A program made the position numbers and the translations under genes. This document shows positions 1 through 12,277 of a stretch of DNA of 64,000 bases, one piece after another. A model generated the notes under the pieces. It worked only from the letters and a program-made list of their open reading frames with translations, ran no database searches and was not told the DNA's origin. Source of the DNA: Phallusia mammillata. Lineage: Eukaryota. Numbering within the stretch: the first letter of the stretch is position 1; each line of letters opens with the position of its first letter. Location of the stretch: NCBI GenBank assembly GCA_965637545.1, contig OZ281497.1, forward strand, positions 21,886,001-21,950,000, in the 5' to 3' direction.

Positions 1-200
1 CTGTTCGTTCTGAAACCTAACTAGGTGACATGACGCTTTTATCGTATGACGTCGACACCCTACGTCAGTGCGATTGCCAAACTAATCGAACCACCATCTT
101 TTCCACGTAACTTAAGTCGTCGGTGTCGATTGTAATCCGATGAGCGAGCACAAACACTACGGACGCTGCCGTATACTTAAACCCTTACTTTGTTTTGATA

Positions 201-444
201 GGAGATGAACGGCTTGCGTCTGTCGCCTCCGGGTACGTCCGCTCTAGCTCGACGTCGCCAAGGTTCAACGTCCTCAACTGGTCACACGACTGCCTCCAGT
301 GGCGAAGACCCTGGCAGCTTTAAGGTCCCGGCTCCATCGACGCCACAGCATTCATGTGGAGCCATGGCACGTTTGGTGACCAGCGCCCACGTAGCGGCCA
401 AGACCACGCTTGGTTTCGGCTTAAAGAGCATCCAGGGCAGTTAG
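201..444 (+). CDS. Candidate terminal coding exon of a gene starting left of the window (S/T/P-rich, unidentified)
   Basis: Pyrimidine-rich acceptor (ctttgttttgatag|) ends at 200. An open frame of ~80 codons runs to TAG at 444, followed by U-rich 3'UTR-like sequence. No recognisable domain. Confidence 0.3.
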
Positions 445-3400
445 TTGTTGGCTTTGACATCAGAAGGCGAGTACATATCTCCTGTACATAAATCCCTGTC
501 TCGCAAGGCTTTCTCTTCTCTCTCTTACTCATTTGTATGTAACCACCCTTTGCCTTGTCTGCGTCGCGTTTTTTCGTTTCTTTCATTTTATATGCGATCC
601 CCAAGCGTAGTTACGAACGGTTGCTTAAGTTGCGTTCGTTCTTTTTTTGTTTTTTTACTTTAGTTCGCACGTTCCCGTTTTCGTTTGTACATTGTCATCC
701 GCACTCTGTCGCTGTTGTCGCCGCCGACTCATACCATCGCCGGAGTCGGCCGACACGCGGCGACCGCCAAAACCTTGTTGTACAGATACTGCTAAATGCC
801 CCATTTTCGTTCTATGCTGTGAATAACGCCATCTTTGTGTATTATCGCTCGCAGAACACGCTACGGTCGTGTGTCGCTGCACACAGGCCGTGACAAACGT
901 TGAACGCACCATCATTGGTTTTTTCCTTCCCACACGGAGGGTCCGTTAGCCGTTAAGTTTCCGCTGCTCTTGTATACATTTTCTTTCGTACAGTAGTAGT
1001 TCCGCTTTTTGTGCGGACTTATAGCTAGCAAAACCCGCGTAGTAGTAAACGCGAAGCTCTAAAAGGTACGTCGTCTCGCGAAAAAAACGCGCCTATAGAC
1101 TTTTTTTTAAATAACCGCGAAAAAAAATCTTCCAAAAAAAACATTTTTTTCGCTTGCTCGCGTTTTCAGGCGACCCAGTATCATCCGGTGCTTTGCCGAG
1201 CCTAAACTTTTCTTTGCCAAACCGCTTACCACGAGTCCCACGCCCACAGGGTAACACGAACACACCCCTTTTTCCCGGGACCAAACGCCTGTATATCGTT
1301 TTCCGCTTTTTCCTCGTTCGTTCTTTTTCATTTGAAGGTGTACAATATTGCCCTTGTAACAACCCTGTACTTAACCGCGTCGAACGAAAACCCCGATTAA
1401 TTGGTGCTGGGGCCGCTTATCGACCCCAATTCTCGCCCCGCGTGTGTTTTGCAATACGGGATATTCCCGCACGCCCCCCTTTGCGCGTCTGTATTCTCTT
1501 CAGTACATCGACAAAAGCACTGTGTAAGCAAAACGGGCCGATACGAGTTCACGTGCATTTTTGTGGACTCTTAAATAATGTACCACGATTAACTTGCTGA
1601 CTAAACGCAACTCGCAGCAATTACAAAGCAAATCGCAATTAAGTTAACCAGCACTGTGTACAGCGTAATTCACACAATACATTTGGTCCTACACACCGTT
1701 AAATCCGCATGCATTACCGCTTTCCGCTCAAGAGTTCAAAGGTTGTCAGGCTTAAATCCTACGCTTAAACCGCTCCCGAATACAACGAGACCCCTGGCAA
1801 CCTAACCCCGCTTGTATTTGCTTTAACATCTTGTATGCACGCCTGAAGCGGGTACCCTCCCTTGCTCGGTTGTGTAAATTTCGGAGGTCGTGCCTGGTGA
1901 GCTCGGCTATTTTCCGAAATTCTCTATTTGGCGTATGTGGCGTTCTTCGCCGCATTCACTGTGCATCTGCCAAAAATTGGAAGCACCCGGCTGTCGATGC
2001 TTGTCCGCTCTAACGCGTGGCTTATACATAGCGTCGAGACAGTCGCCCGTTTTCCATGTAAATACCCACCGCGTCGTCTAACTTTGGAAAAAATGCGGCA
2101 TCAGATAGTGCTATTTCTTTAAAAAGCAAAACGAACAGTTTTATGTGTTTTTAAGCCCTCGACTCTGAATTAAAATAAAACCCAAGCGACTTTTTTGCTT
2201 GTTGAAATCTCTTTGATAATTTGCTTCACTTCATTTCACGTGTCTTTTAGCATCACCAGCCCGCCAGTATTTCTTTGTTGTCCCGTGGTGTAATATTTCT
2301 ATGTGGCCGATCGTCGACCAACCACGGTCGTCGGTTGAGCAAATTCAAAGTTCGTTACTGTTTTGTCCTTGTCCCAGTGCCTAAAAGGTTGCCAGTACCA
2401 CCCCACAATATTTTTTTAGTAATGCTGAATCACTGGCATTGCGACCAGCGGCCGACTAAAGCATTGCTGTGTGCATTTTTGTCTTCTGTTTGAATTTTTT
2501 CACTGCACATTAAAAGTTAAAAACAGTAGTCGATTTCTTTTGGACGGATGATTTGTGTATTCTGGATTTTGGCCGTTTTCCCTGTTTTAAATGATACCAG
2601 CCTTTTTGTTCCGTTTCCCCCCTTTGTGTTTTTGTTTTTGCAAAAAGTAAAGATGTTAAAACCACCAGGATATGAGAATAAAATCAAGGATAATACAACA
2701 TTTGTTGTTTGTGGTTTGAAAAGCAATGTATTCTTTGGAGGCTAGCTGAGCATTTCCTCAAAGGAATTAGAAAAATCACAACCCCATAAAGTACAACAAG
2801 AAAAATAATAAAATTAATAGCAAAAGTGCAACATGTCTTGCAGCTGATACGTATGTCCAAAACGCATACTTATTTATGGGAAATCCAAACTTAATCACTC
2901 ATTACCCTGATTATTTATAGGACTTACCAAAATGGAAATGCCAATCCCTTACTTTGTGGGACTAGTGGATGTGGAGAAACCCTTGACAAGCCAAACAAAC
3001 GAAAAAGCCGGGTATCTGGTCGTTAAATGTAATCAATAATCAGTAATTTCACCCGAGACAGCTAGTTACGATGGAGGCAATTAGAGCTTACAGAATAATT
3101 GTCCGACGTAGTCAACATGTTTTTCAAGTTCATGTGTGGTTCGATAAGAAAACTTTTTAGTTAAATGACTTGCATTTTACCAAAAAAAGCAAGTCACTCC
3201 CCATGCTACTGTCAATGTTAATGGATAGACTTGTGTTGTAGACCTTGACAGTAGAAATCGATTCTTTTTTTAATCACAGTCTCCATAACGCTTCTTGTGT
3301 TTGGCTGGGCTGACACAAATCAGTTGCCAAAAAGTGAGTGAAATTAACGAACAGTTTATTGTGCGTTGCGACCAAAAACGAAAACACCATTCTAAAACAA

Positions 3401-4050
3401 ACACACAAGCTCCAAGGTTGGTAACGACAAAACATTGTAAAAACTGTTTTGGTGACTGTAGTGTCGAAAATAATTCGCAAACTTAATACAGTGCTCAAAC
3501 AAAGAGGTTATTCTAACCAGCTGACGACAATCAAACCACTGGTAAAGGGTGCACTTGATTTTTTCAGCCAAAATCAATGTAGCTGCTGGCCACCGCACAA
3601 GGGCTTCGAGCTTTAATTAGCGAACATTGAGAGCCAAAGTCTGAAGCTGTAATTTAAATTATTCGAGGGCTCTCAAAAGGCTCAGGTTATATGCTTCCAC
3701 GCAATTAAATAAAGGCTGCAATTAAATGCCGCAACAATATGTTGAGCTGACAACTGTAACCAACAAGTTAACATAACATAGTGTTTTTTTAACGCTTAGA
3801 TGTTTGTAATTTGGTCCTTGTTTGCAAAATTTTAGATGTAACTTAACAAAATATGCTCCATTAGAGTACCAGCACTGCCAAAATTAAACCCAATACAGTT
3901 TTGGCCTTGTATCAGCCACATCATAGCAAAGGGTGAAGGCAATGTAATTGTCGATAATAGTTAGTCGTTTCTTAAACATTTTCTCCCGCTTCAGCACATT
4001 GACAAGGCCCAAAATAGTTATCGGAGATGCAGATTATTACAAAATCGTGC

Positions 4051-6804
4051 TTACTGCTGCAGGACATGCTTGTACTTTTCCACCACATTGCCAAAATGTC
4101 TTCCAGCCCAGTATGCTTTACCACAACCAACACAGCAGTAAAAATCATCCACCTCGTTGCACACAGGCTTCGGCACTTGTTCGACCAGCAAACTAGCCGT
4201 CTGTGCTTGATTCTCGCCCGGTAGTTTTGTAACAATAGTCCCACTCTCGTATTCCAAGTAGGAGCAGTTTGAGATCGATTCAGGACTGATGAAATAGGAT
4301 ATCACAGAATGAGGTTGTTTCTTAGGGTTTTTAGTGATGACCACTTGTTCAATTTTTTCCCCCAGGTTTTGAACCGACTGTGTTTGATTCCGGCCAAATG
4401 AAAACGAACTTTCAGGTGGGTTTACCTTTGGGGAGCTTGAACAGTCGTTATCGCTATCGCTGGAGCAAAAATTACCTTCAAAATCATCATCATCTGTGTA
4501 AGTTTCAATACAGTGGGCCAAAGAGGAGAGTGATTCTGGCTTTTTCGCAATCGATGCTTGTTTTCTTACAGCGTCCCAGGGTATATGGGAGCCGGGTAAA
4601 GTTGTCAGGGAACCGTGTTGTTTGGTTTCAATAGCACGAAGCATTTCTTTCGATGAAAGCTGGAGGTATTTGCCGCAGTTGCACAACTGACAGCGACTGA
4701 ATATGTCCTTCGACGTAACCTTAACGTTGTAGTGCTTTAAAACGAACGCTGCTTGCTCTTTCGCCTTCATTTCGTTGGGTACGTTAAGGCAGCGACCGTT
4801 CGGAACCTGCGCCGACAAAAAGACAAAAGGTGCGCCTGAAGTTAGAATAACGCGATCATGTCTTCGCGCTAGCACAGCCGCCCTATCGTGGCATTCGCTA
4901 TTTGCCAGGATTTCAGCATCAACACCACAACAACGCAACTGTCGACCCAAACCTTGCAGCATGGTATCACAGACAACACGAAATTCACGTGCCGTGATTG
5001 GTGGCATCACAGGCTTGGGTAAAGATGCTTTGATACCCATGTATTGCTCCCGTAATGCTCTACCACGACCTCTAGCGAGTGTTTGTTTTGGACGTTCGAC
5101 GACGACATTTTCAATGGTAAGACATGGATCAAGGCTTTGAAGACGTGATGTTAGTACATTACATACTTCTAATAAGCAATATGCGTCTAGTGCTGCATAT
5201 TGTATCTGAGACTGCCTCAACGGACGACGTTCCCAGTCTGATATCTGTTCACTTTTGTCCAAGGGAAGGCCAACAGTTTGCAAAACAAGTTTGCTCAAAC
5301 CAGTAAGGCTTTTGTACTCAGCTTTAGCATTGGTTGTTTTTAGCACTTCGGGATACAATCGACTGATGTGTTTTGAAACAGTGTGAAGGTCTACAATTTT
5401 CACAGAAGATTTGACAGCATTTTGTACTTCAGGCAAGCTATCAGCTAGTTTGCTCAAATCCTCTTTTAACCCAAAACCAACTTTTGTGTAGTCTTTGGAC
5501 AATAATAGCTTTGTTACAAAACTGGATAGATTTGATTTCTGGTCTGTTGGGAAGTTAAGCACATCGATAAGAAATACAGAATCTTTGACTGCTATTTGAA
5601 GTAGTGCAACTTTGGTTGCTCTTCCACAACTAAAAGACCACTCTGCATCCATACCTACATTAGCAGGACCAGCAAGTACAACCGATTGACAAAAATCCAA
5701 TGTTTGAGAATCAGACACAAAATGTACACTTGAATCTGGTAACGCTAATGAATGAAACTTCTGCTGGTTTTCATTTAAGCCAAGCATCGTTGATTCATAT
5801 TCATCTAAGTCCCAATTTTCATCTTCCAAATCAGCAGTGTCAACATTAGTAGATTGATGCAAACCATAGACCTTTTCCCAGTATGTTGCACCAGCATAGT
5901 CAAAGTATGTTTCCAAAACAAGTTTTACGAGTTCTTTTTGAACTGCTACATCTTGACCTACTGTCTTTTGCACCAGTTCTTTGGTGTTCTCAAAAGAGGC
6001 AATTTTTTCTACGTAGTATCTGTACAGAATGTATCGCAGCTTTGCAACTAAATGTCTCCTTGTTAAGTTCGGACACAACTTTGCTTCATCACCTTCTTTA
6101 TCATACAGTTTCAACCACCTAGTTAATACTTTGTCTAGAAACTGGGGCCTAAGAATTTCAATTTTGGTTGATGTTAAGTTATTGCTTGTCATGAATTCAA
6201 CAACATCGAAGTCAGGACCAAGCCAAGAATCAACCATGCCTATTAACTGATTTTGTGTCGAATCACTTTTTTGCATGTACTGGTCCAGCAAATTTACTTT
6301 GTTCTGAAGCAAAGCAGGAATAGCCATGTCGAAAAGACTGAACTCGTTTTGAATACACAATTCTGCAGTAATTGCTACAGCCCCATTGAGGTTGCCATCG
6401 TGTACAGTTTGAAGTATGCATGATTTAACCAAATCAAAGTTTGGTTTGTCTACATTGAAACACTTAATAAGTTTGCAGGCAAGCGTTTTGTGGGAAACAA
6501 AAGCAATTTCCAAAGCCTGCTGTTTGAGTTCCTCATCAACTGAACCCTTTAAAATAGGATTTCTTCGGATAAGTGCCTCTTGGTAAGACATTATATGAAG
6601 CCCAAGTGATCTCGGCTTTTTCTTGTTTTTACTGCAGGCAATCAGGTCAAGTGAAAAATGTAAAGGCGAGTTTGGGCCAATACTGAAGGAGAGAATTTGA
6701 TTAATTTTCTCTATTTCCCTTTTATTCCATAATGCATTGAGTTGAGTCTTAAGTGAGGAGTCGGGCCCGAAGCAAGAAATTGTTTGTTCATTCGTACTTG
6801 CCAT
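4051..6804 (-). CDS. EXD3: Exonuclease mut-7/Nibbler homolog (DEDDy 3'-5' exonuclease + Mut7-C), single coding exon, 917 aa
   Basis: ExoI VGMDAEW, ExoII GFGLKED and ExoIII QYAALDAYC motifs. Mut7-C segment VVCDTMLQGLGRQLRCCGVD and Zn-ribbon halves RCQLCN / CCVGCGKAYW. N-terminal LNALWNKRE matches the EXD3 N-terminal helix as recalled, which supports the ATG at 6804. Confidence 0.93.
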   Translation of the reverse strand: MASTNEQTISCFGPDSSLKTQLNALWNKREIEKINQILSFSIGPNSPLHFSLDLIACSKNKKKPRSLGLHIMSYQEALIRRNPILKGSVDEELKQQALEIAFVSHKTLACKLIKCFNVDKPNFDLVKSCILQTVHDGNLNGAVAITAELCIQNEFSLFDMAIPALLQNKVNLLDQYMQKSDSTQNQLIGMVDSWLGPDFDVVEFMTSNNLTSTKIEILRPQFLDKVLTRWLKLYDKEGDEAKLCPNLTRRHLVAKLRYILYRYYVEKIASFENTKELVQKTVGQDVAVQKELVKLVLETYFDYAGATYWEKVYGLHQSTNVDTADLEDENWDLDEYESTMLGLNENQQKFHSLALPDSSVHFVSDSQTLDFCQSVVLAGPANVGMDAEWSFSCGRATKVALLQIAVKDSVFLIDVLNFPTDQKSNLSSFVTKLLLSKDYTKVGFGLKEDLSKLADSLPEVQNAVKSSVKIVDLHTVSKHISRLYPEVLKTTNAKAEYKSLTGLSKLVLQTVGLPLDKSEQISDWERRPLRQSQIQYAALDAYCLLEVCNVLTSRLQSLDPCLTIENVVVERPKQTLARGRGRALREQYMGIKASLPKPVMPPITAREFRVVCDTMLQGLGRQLRCCGVDAEILANSECHDRAAVLARRHDRVILTSGAPFVFLSAQVPNGRCLNVPNEMKAKEQAAFVLKHYNVKVTSKDIFSRCQLCNCGKYLQLSSKEMLRAIETKQHGSLTTLPGSHIPWDAVRKQASIAKKPESLSSLAHCIETYTDDDDFEGNFCSSDSDNDCSSSPKVNPPESSFSFGRNQTQSVQNLGEKIEQVVITKNPKKQPHSVISYFISPESISNCSYLEYESGTIVTKLPGENQAQTASLLVEQVPKPVCNEVDDFYCCVGCGKAYWAGRHFGNVVEKYKHVLQQ

Positions 6805-6806
6805 TG

Positions 6807-7228
6807 TTATTTGCTGGGGCTTTCAATTGCAGAAGTTTTATTGGATCTGCTTTTCTTGAATTCCTGAATCATTTCCAACTCAGCTTGAATTATTTCTCTC
6901 TGAAAAAATTACAAAAGAATTTTGATAGATCGGCTTGGTTCCACATACACTGTATTGGTATGTGCAATATAATATTTGGTAAAATGATTGGGGGTCGACA
7001 AAAACAACGAACACTTACACGTGCTTGTCTCAGTTTAAGCTCCTCCTTTGTCGGGGCCTTCCACGCATACTTGTCAAACATCGATGGCGTATTGGAAACG
7101 TAAAATGCAGCCAAGGGAAATGATAAATAAATCACCATCTAAGAAAATTAATTCGGCGATTAACACGACTAACATAAACATTTAATCAATATTGAACTTA
7201 CACGGAAGAATTCCAATCCATACCCCAT
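6807..7228 (-). CDS. PET100: Cytochrome c oxidase assembly factor PET100, 79 aa; exons 7228-7202, 7138-7019, 6899-6807
   Basis: Spliced product MGYGLEFFR-MVIYLSFPLAAFYVSNTPSMFDKYAWKAPTKEELKLRQAR-REIIQAELEMIQEFKKSRSNKTSAIESPSK*. It matches PET100 (human MGVKLEIFRMIIYLTFPVAMFWVSN...EIEEFK). Two phase-0 GTAAGT...AG introns of 63 and 119 nt. Confidence 0.88.
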
Positions 7229-7448
7229 TTTTTTCTGATGTAATTTTCAAAAATAAAAACCAAGAAAATCACAATTCTTGACCTTGCTTCGTCAATGCAA
7301 TGAAAAATCCCCTAATGTGTTTTCGGATGAGAGAACAGATTGAAGAAATCAAAGATTTGGTTTCGTGAGATTTGGATTGGTTTGGGTGCAGTATTTCTTT
7401 TTCACTAAATGTATAGTCTATTTGGAAAAAAAAAGTTCGTATGAATGG

Positions 7449-7460
7449 CCGGAAGATGGC
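7449..7460. promoter_or_regulatory. Composite ETS/YY1-like site in the PET100/HDAC11 bidirectional promoter
   Basis: CCGGAAGATGGC = ETS core CCGGAA overlapping YY1-type AAGATGGC, between divergent ATGs at 7228 and 7708. Confidence 0.45.
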
Positions 7461-7707
7461 ACTGCAGCTTTAAAAAAAAACAATTTTACTTTTAGGTAGT
7501 CTGATTAGCAGCCAGTGCAACATAGTTGTTTAGGTCTAAAATTGTCAAGTTGTTTTGTTACTTGTAACACTACACAGTGCCAGTGTGTTTGTTTTGATAA
7601 GGTTTTTCATGAATTAAACATACCTCTCGAACACACAGATTTAAAGATTTCACTGTACAAGACATAGGGACAAAAAAGAGTGCATTGGTGTTTAAACAAG
7701 GTATCAG

Positions 7708-10700
7708 ATGGGTATTTTTGGAAAGGAGTCTCGTAATGATGCTAGATCTTCTGATACTTTAATTAAGTAAGTTGCAACGTTTTTGTGCGATTTCTCTGTG
7801 ACTGTAAATAAAAAATGTGGATGCAATTATTATAAATTCATTTGTGGCTTATGAAAAAACAAATTGATCATATATATGTGAACTTACAAATTTAATATTT
7901 TTTCCATACAACTCACCTTAAAAAACATATTTTTTTTAGAAACTCATCTTTATACACATTCAACTTGAAGACTACAAGTTGGCCCATAGTTTATGATGCA
8001 GGCTATAACATCACGTTTATGGGAGTAGAAAAACTCCACCCATTTGATTCAAGCAAATGGGGCCGGGTTCATAACTTTCTACTTGGTAAGGGTGTTTCAG
8101 TATTGTATTTTGGACATGTAGTTGTTAGTTTTATTGTTTTGTTTGGGTAATAAATGTTATTTCGAAGCATTTAAAAGACATCTTGCCCCCAAGCAAACAA
8201 ATTGTTCAAAAATGCATACATTTGTGGTTCGACATTTTGCTATCACAACACATTTAATTTGGCAGATGACAAAGTGTTGACTGAAGAGGAGACGGTTACC
8301 CCTGTTGAAGCTACTGAAGAAGATTTGCTTGTTGTTCATACACAGCCATATCTTAACAGCCTTAAGGTATTGGTACCATATGTATTTTATGTATCTGTAT
8401 TAATGAGTGTTACCAAAATATTTTTCTTTCTAAAATGCGATTTACTGTTTTAATTTAAAAGGGGCAATCAGTTAAGTTTGTTCGACAGGTATGACTTAGA
8501 TGTTGTTGAGAAATTTTCTACTCTTTTTGTTTACTTTATGTTGCATGCTGGTGATATATAAAGAGTATCAGGTCACCCTTTTTAGTGCATGTATATTCAT
8601 GTTGTTCTACATCATCATGATTATAGCTTTGCTATCCTTGCTAGATAGAACAATTGTTACAAATAAAGTCATCTTTGCTTATAAAAAGCTTAACAAAAAC
8701 TGCTGATATGTAGAGTAATGTTTTTGCTTAAGTTAGGCATATATTTGACTTGTTAAAACTAGCACTTCATCTAAAAGTTTAGTTTGTGCTCAAAACATTA
8801 GTTTTTCTCTATTGTGTCCATTTGTTTTGTCTAGTTCCATCTATGTCAAATGCATACAAAATGTTGGTTGAGTTGTGAATGTCATGATGAGAAAATTCAA
8901 ATAAAAAATAAGGGGATCTATTCTGTTACATTTCAACATTGTGTTTATATATCTTTTATGAATTCTAATACTCTCACATTTCAAATCGTCTTCTTAAGTT
9001 TAATGATGAATAGCCATATAGCTGTATATTGGCATAATTTATTATTCAATTCAGTGTAACTGATGTGGCCACTAATATCACTTATATGAGCATTTGCTAA
9101 AATGTTTGAATAATAAGCATTTACTTTTTATGTCTATCTGGGCCATGATATTCACCATTAAACTTATGAACAGATCCGTGTATAGTGTCTTAAAATACTT
9201 TTTTACTATTTCCAATTTGAAACTGTTTAATTCACTGTGCAGATTTTGTCTCAATGAGCAAAAAATAAGTAATACATGCTGTATTTGAAGAACTGGTAAT
9301 GGGTGTTCTTTACTTTTCCAAGTCAATGGATTTTTTCCCAAATCTCAATCAAGACTTTGGTTTAAAATGTATTTACATTTTGCAGTGGAGTGCAACAGTT
9401 GCACAAATAACCGAAGTGGTCCCTGTAGCTCTGCTTCCAAACTTTGTTGTGCAAAGAAAAGTTTTACGTCCACTTCGTCTACAAACTGGTGGCAGCATAA
9501 TGGCTGGAAAAATGGCTGTGGAAAGAGGTTGGGCCCTAAATATTGGTGGTGGATTTCACCATTGCTCAGCTGAGAGAGGTGGAGGGTTCTGTGCTTATGC
9601 TGATATTACACTGCTTATTAAGGTACCTTTTTGCTTTGAGATTAGTAACATTTACTGTGCAAAAAATGAAGAGTTTTGACTTGTTCATTTCTACCAACAT
9701 AAACTAATGACGCATTGTATTATGTAAAAATATTCAAGGTCTAGTAATGGTAGTTACAGCAATACAGCACTTAATGGAAAGATTTTCACAAAAGTATACC
9801 TAACAACTATGTGTTTATTCATTTCTAAAGCCCTGTCATGCACTGATGGTTAAGTGTTTCAAAAGATTCAGTTAGGGTTTGGCCCACAATTTTCTTCTGT
9901 ATAAAACATGAATAGTTGAAAAAAATTTCTTATTATTATTGTTTGCCTGGATTTTAGTTTGTTCTGCATCATTTTGAGCAAATTAAACGAGTCATGATTG
10001 TTGATCTGGACGCCCACCAGGGAAATGGATATGCCCGTGATTTTATGGACGATGATCGTGTTTATGTTATGGATGTCTTCAATCGAAATATTTACCCACA
10101 AGATGGCTTTGCAAAGGCTGGAATTAAGAGGTGTGTTAATAAAAAATAAAAGCATGTAATCCAGGTTTTGCAAGGAGTCCAAAAGTTTAAGATTGAGTAT
10201 GTAATTAAACTGTGCCACAAATGAACTTGCATAGTACATTGAAACCTAGACATCTTATGACCCAACAATGTATCTAATAGTTTCTATCATCACGCCATGT
10301 CACGCCTTGTGTTTGAACTAGAGTAACCTGTGGTTTTGAGTGCTGTGGTGTGCGTTTTTAAAGGAGGTCATTCTATTGTGGAGAGAATACAGTAAACATC
10401 TCGCAGTTGTTGGTGTGCCAAAAGACAGCATTCGACACAAATTAGCAACAGTTGAGTTATCTGACCCGACTAGTTTGCGACAAACTGAATGCACCCAACA
10501 ACATGAATTGTCTTTGCATCTGAAAAAAAGTGTGTTCTGAAAAAACGAGTGTTCTCATCCAAAAAAGAAAATTTTTAAGTCCAGCTGCGCAAATAGGTTT
10601 AGATGAACTCTAGGACCTGCCATGATTCACATAAATAAAAGCAATGGCCTAAAATTGTACATCAAACCTTTCCCTAAAAATTGCTTGTTTTTTAGAAAAG

Positions 10701-11338
10701 TGGAATTAAGGTGTGGGACAACTGATCAAGAATATCTGCCACTTATCAAAGAGCATCTGTATGATGCCATTAATGAGTTTCACCCCCAGTTTGTTGTGTA
10801 TAATGCTGGAACTGACATTCTAGCTGGAGATTGCCTTGGCCTAATGGAAATATCACCCAAGGTATGTGACAACTGTTTAAATGTAAATATTGGGGGATTT
10901 ACCAAATTTGTTTTTGTGTTGTTGGCATGTAAAGTGTGCCACAGGAAGAAAATTTAGTTTGTTAATTTGTTATAAGCTTGAAAAGATTGGGAATCATTGG
11001 TTTAAGCATTACAGAGTATTCAAAACTGTAAGAAAATATTAATTGCAAATTGGGGCATTTTTGCTTTAAACTGGAATTTTCTATACTGCCCATTTCTCTA
11101 AGGTTTTAGCTGAAGTTTTACTTTGTCAGGAGTTTGAAGAAGCACTTGTGTCATTTATTTTCCATTTGTTTTCCTATAGGGCGTTGTCGAGAGAGACAGG
11201 ATTGTTTTTGCCGCCGTTCGTGGTCAAAACGTCCCGATAGTGATGTTAACTTCGGGTGGTTATCAGCGTTCCACTGCCAGAATAATCGCCGACTCTGTGG
11301 TTTCCCTTCGCGACAACGGACTGATCGGTCCTCCCTAA
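7708..11338 (+). CDS. HDAC11: Histone deacetylase 11; exons 7708-7766, 7940-8085, 8266-8366, 9386-9622, 9958-10130, 10696-10861, 11180-11338
   Basis: WPIVY..YNITFMGVEKLHPFD, GGGFHHCS, DLDAHQGNG, YNAGTDIL and TSGGYQ motifs. Exon phases join without stops (first exon less certain). Confidence 0.93.
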
Positions 11339-12277
11339 ACCCAACTCCAAATGCGCTATGTTTTTTCATTAAGTTTTTATCTTATTGCACTTTTCCGACC
11401 AGTTTTCTTCACACATAGAAGTGTTTATATTTCTTCATTTTCTCTTTGATTGCAGCTGTAGTCAGCAATTGTTTGTTCGCCATGTCCTATTTCAGTACTG
11501 TGAGTCATTGCATTGCTTTAACGTTTACGTTGATTTTATTCCTATCGCTGGTATCGCTCACAGCATGTCCACAACCAACCTTATGTGAAGCATAGCGTTT
11601 TGCACTGACAGACATGTTTCATAAGGGGGGAGCCTCTTGTGTCAATATAACTTGCATATTCTCTGAGTGGATTAGATCACCACGGCGCTATGAGTCAGTA
11701 CAATGATCATCACACTATGTTTGTAATCAGACCCGTTGCAGTAAGATTGTTTACAACCACGCATTATGCCTCATTTCAATGCACATTTCTGTAACACGTC
11801 GCAGCTTATCGCAATTTTCCACGTACACTTGTAAAATACGCCATTGCTCACGTTTGTGTGGTGGGAACGCTATTTTAACATTAAGGTTGCACTGTAGATC
11901 CTCTATATAGGTAGGCTAGAGTAATTATAAGGTGTGGCTGCTGTATTGTTAAAATGCAACTTTCGTGCACTATAAATCTTGAGCTATAACAGTCCAGCGT
12001 TTTGTTTTTTTTCTTTGACAAAGTCGTTTATAAATACATTTTTTTCTTTCTACGAGAAAAATGCAAATTCTGTTACTTCCATTGTTTGTTTGTTTTTGGA
12101 TATTGGACTGTTCTATTCGTTCAGTCACTTCACACGAACACAGACTAAAACACCAACATACGACAATTTATTTCTGTACAGCACGTTACATATTGCCAAC
12201 TGTGAAACAGCAACAAAAACATACAGATCACACAAATTTGGAAGGCATTCATAGAATAGGAGGTTGAGCCGATCCTT

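Noticed and set aside
992-1050. AGTAGTAGT words resembling Polinton/Maverick termini
   Set aside because: No partner terminal repeat and no polymerase, integrase or capsid ORF nearby.
2775-3020. Possible small minus-strand gene downstream of EXD3 (GTAAGT donor at ~2928, hydrophobic VALLLLILLFFLLYFMGL*)
   Set aside because: The in-phase upstream frame is closed by a stop; no coherent spliced ORF could be built.
6802-6809. PET100-EXD3 fusion protein by stop-codon readthrough
   Set aside because: The 2-nt spacer puts EXD3 out of frame with PET100.
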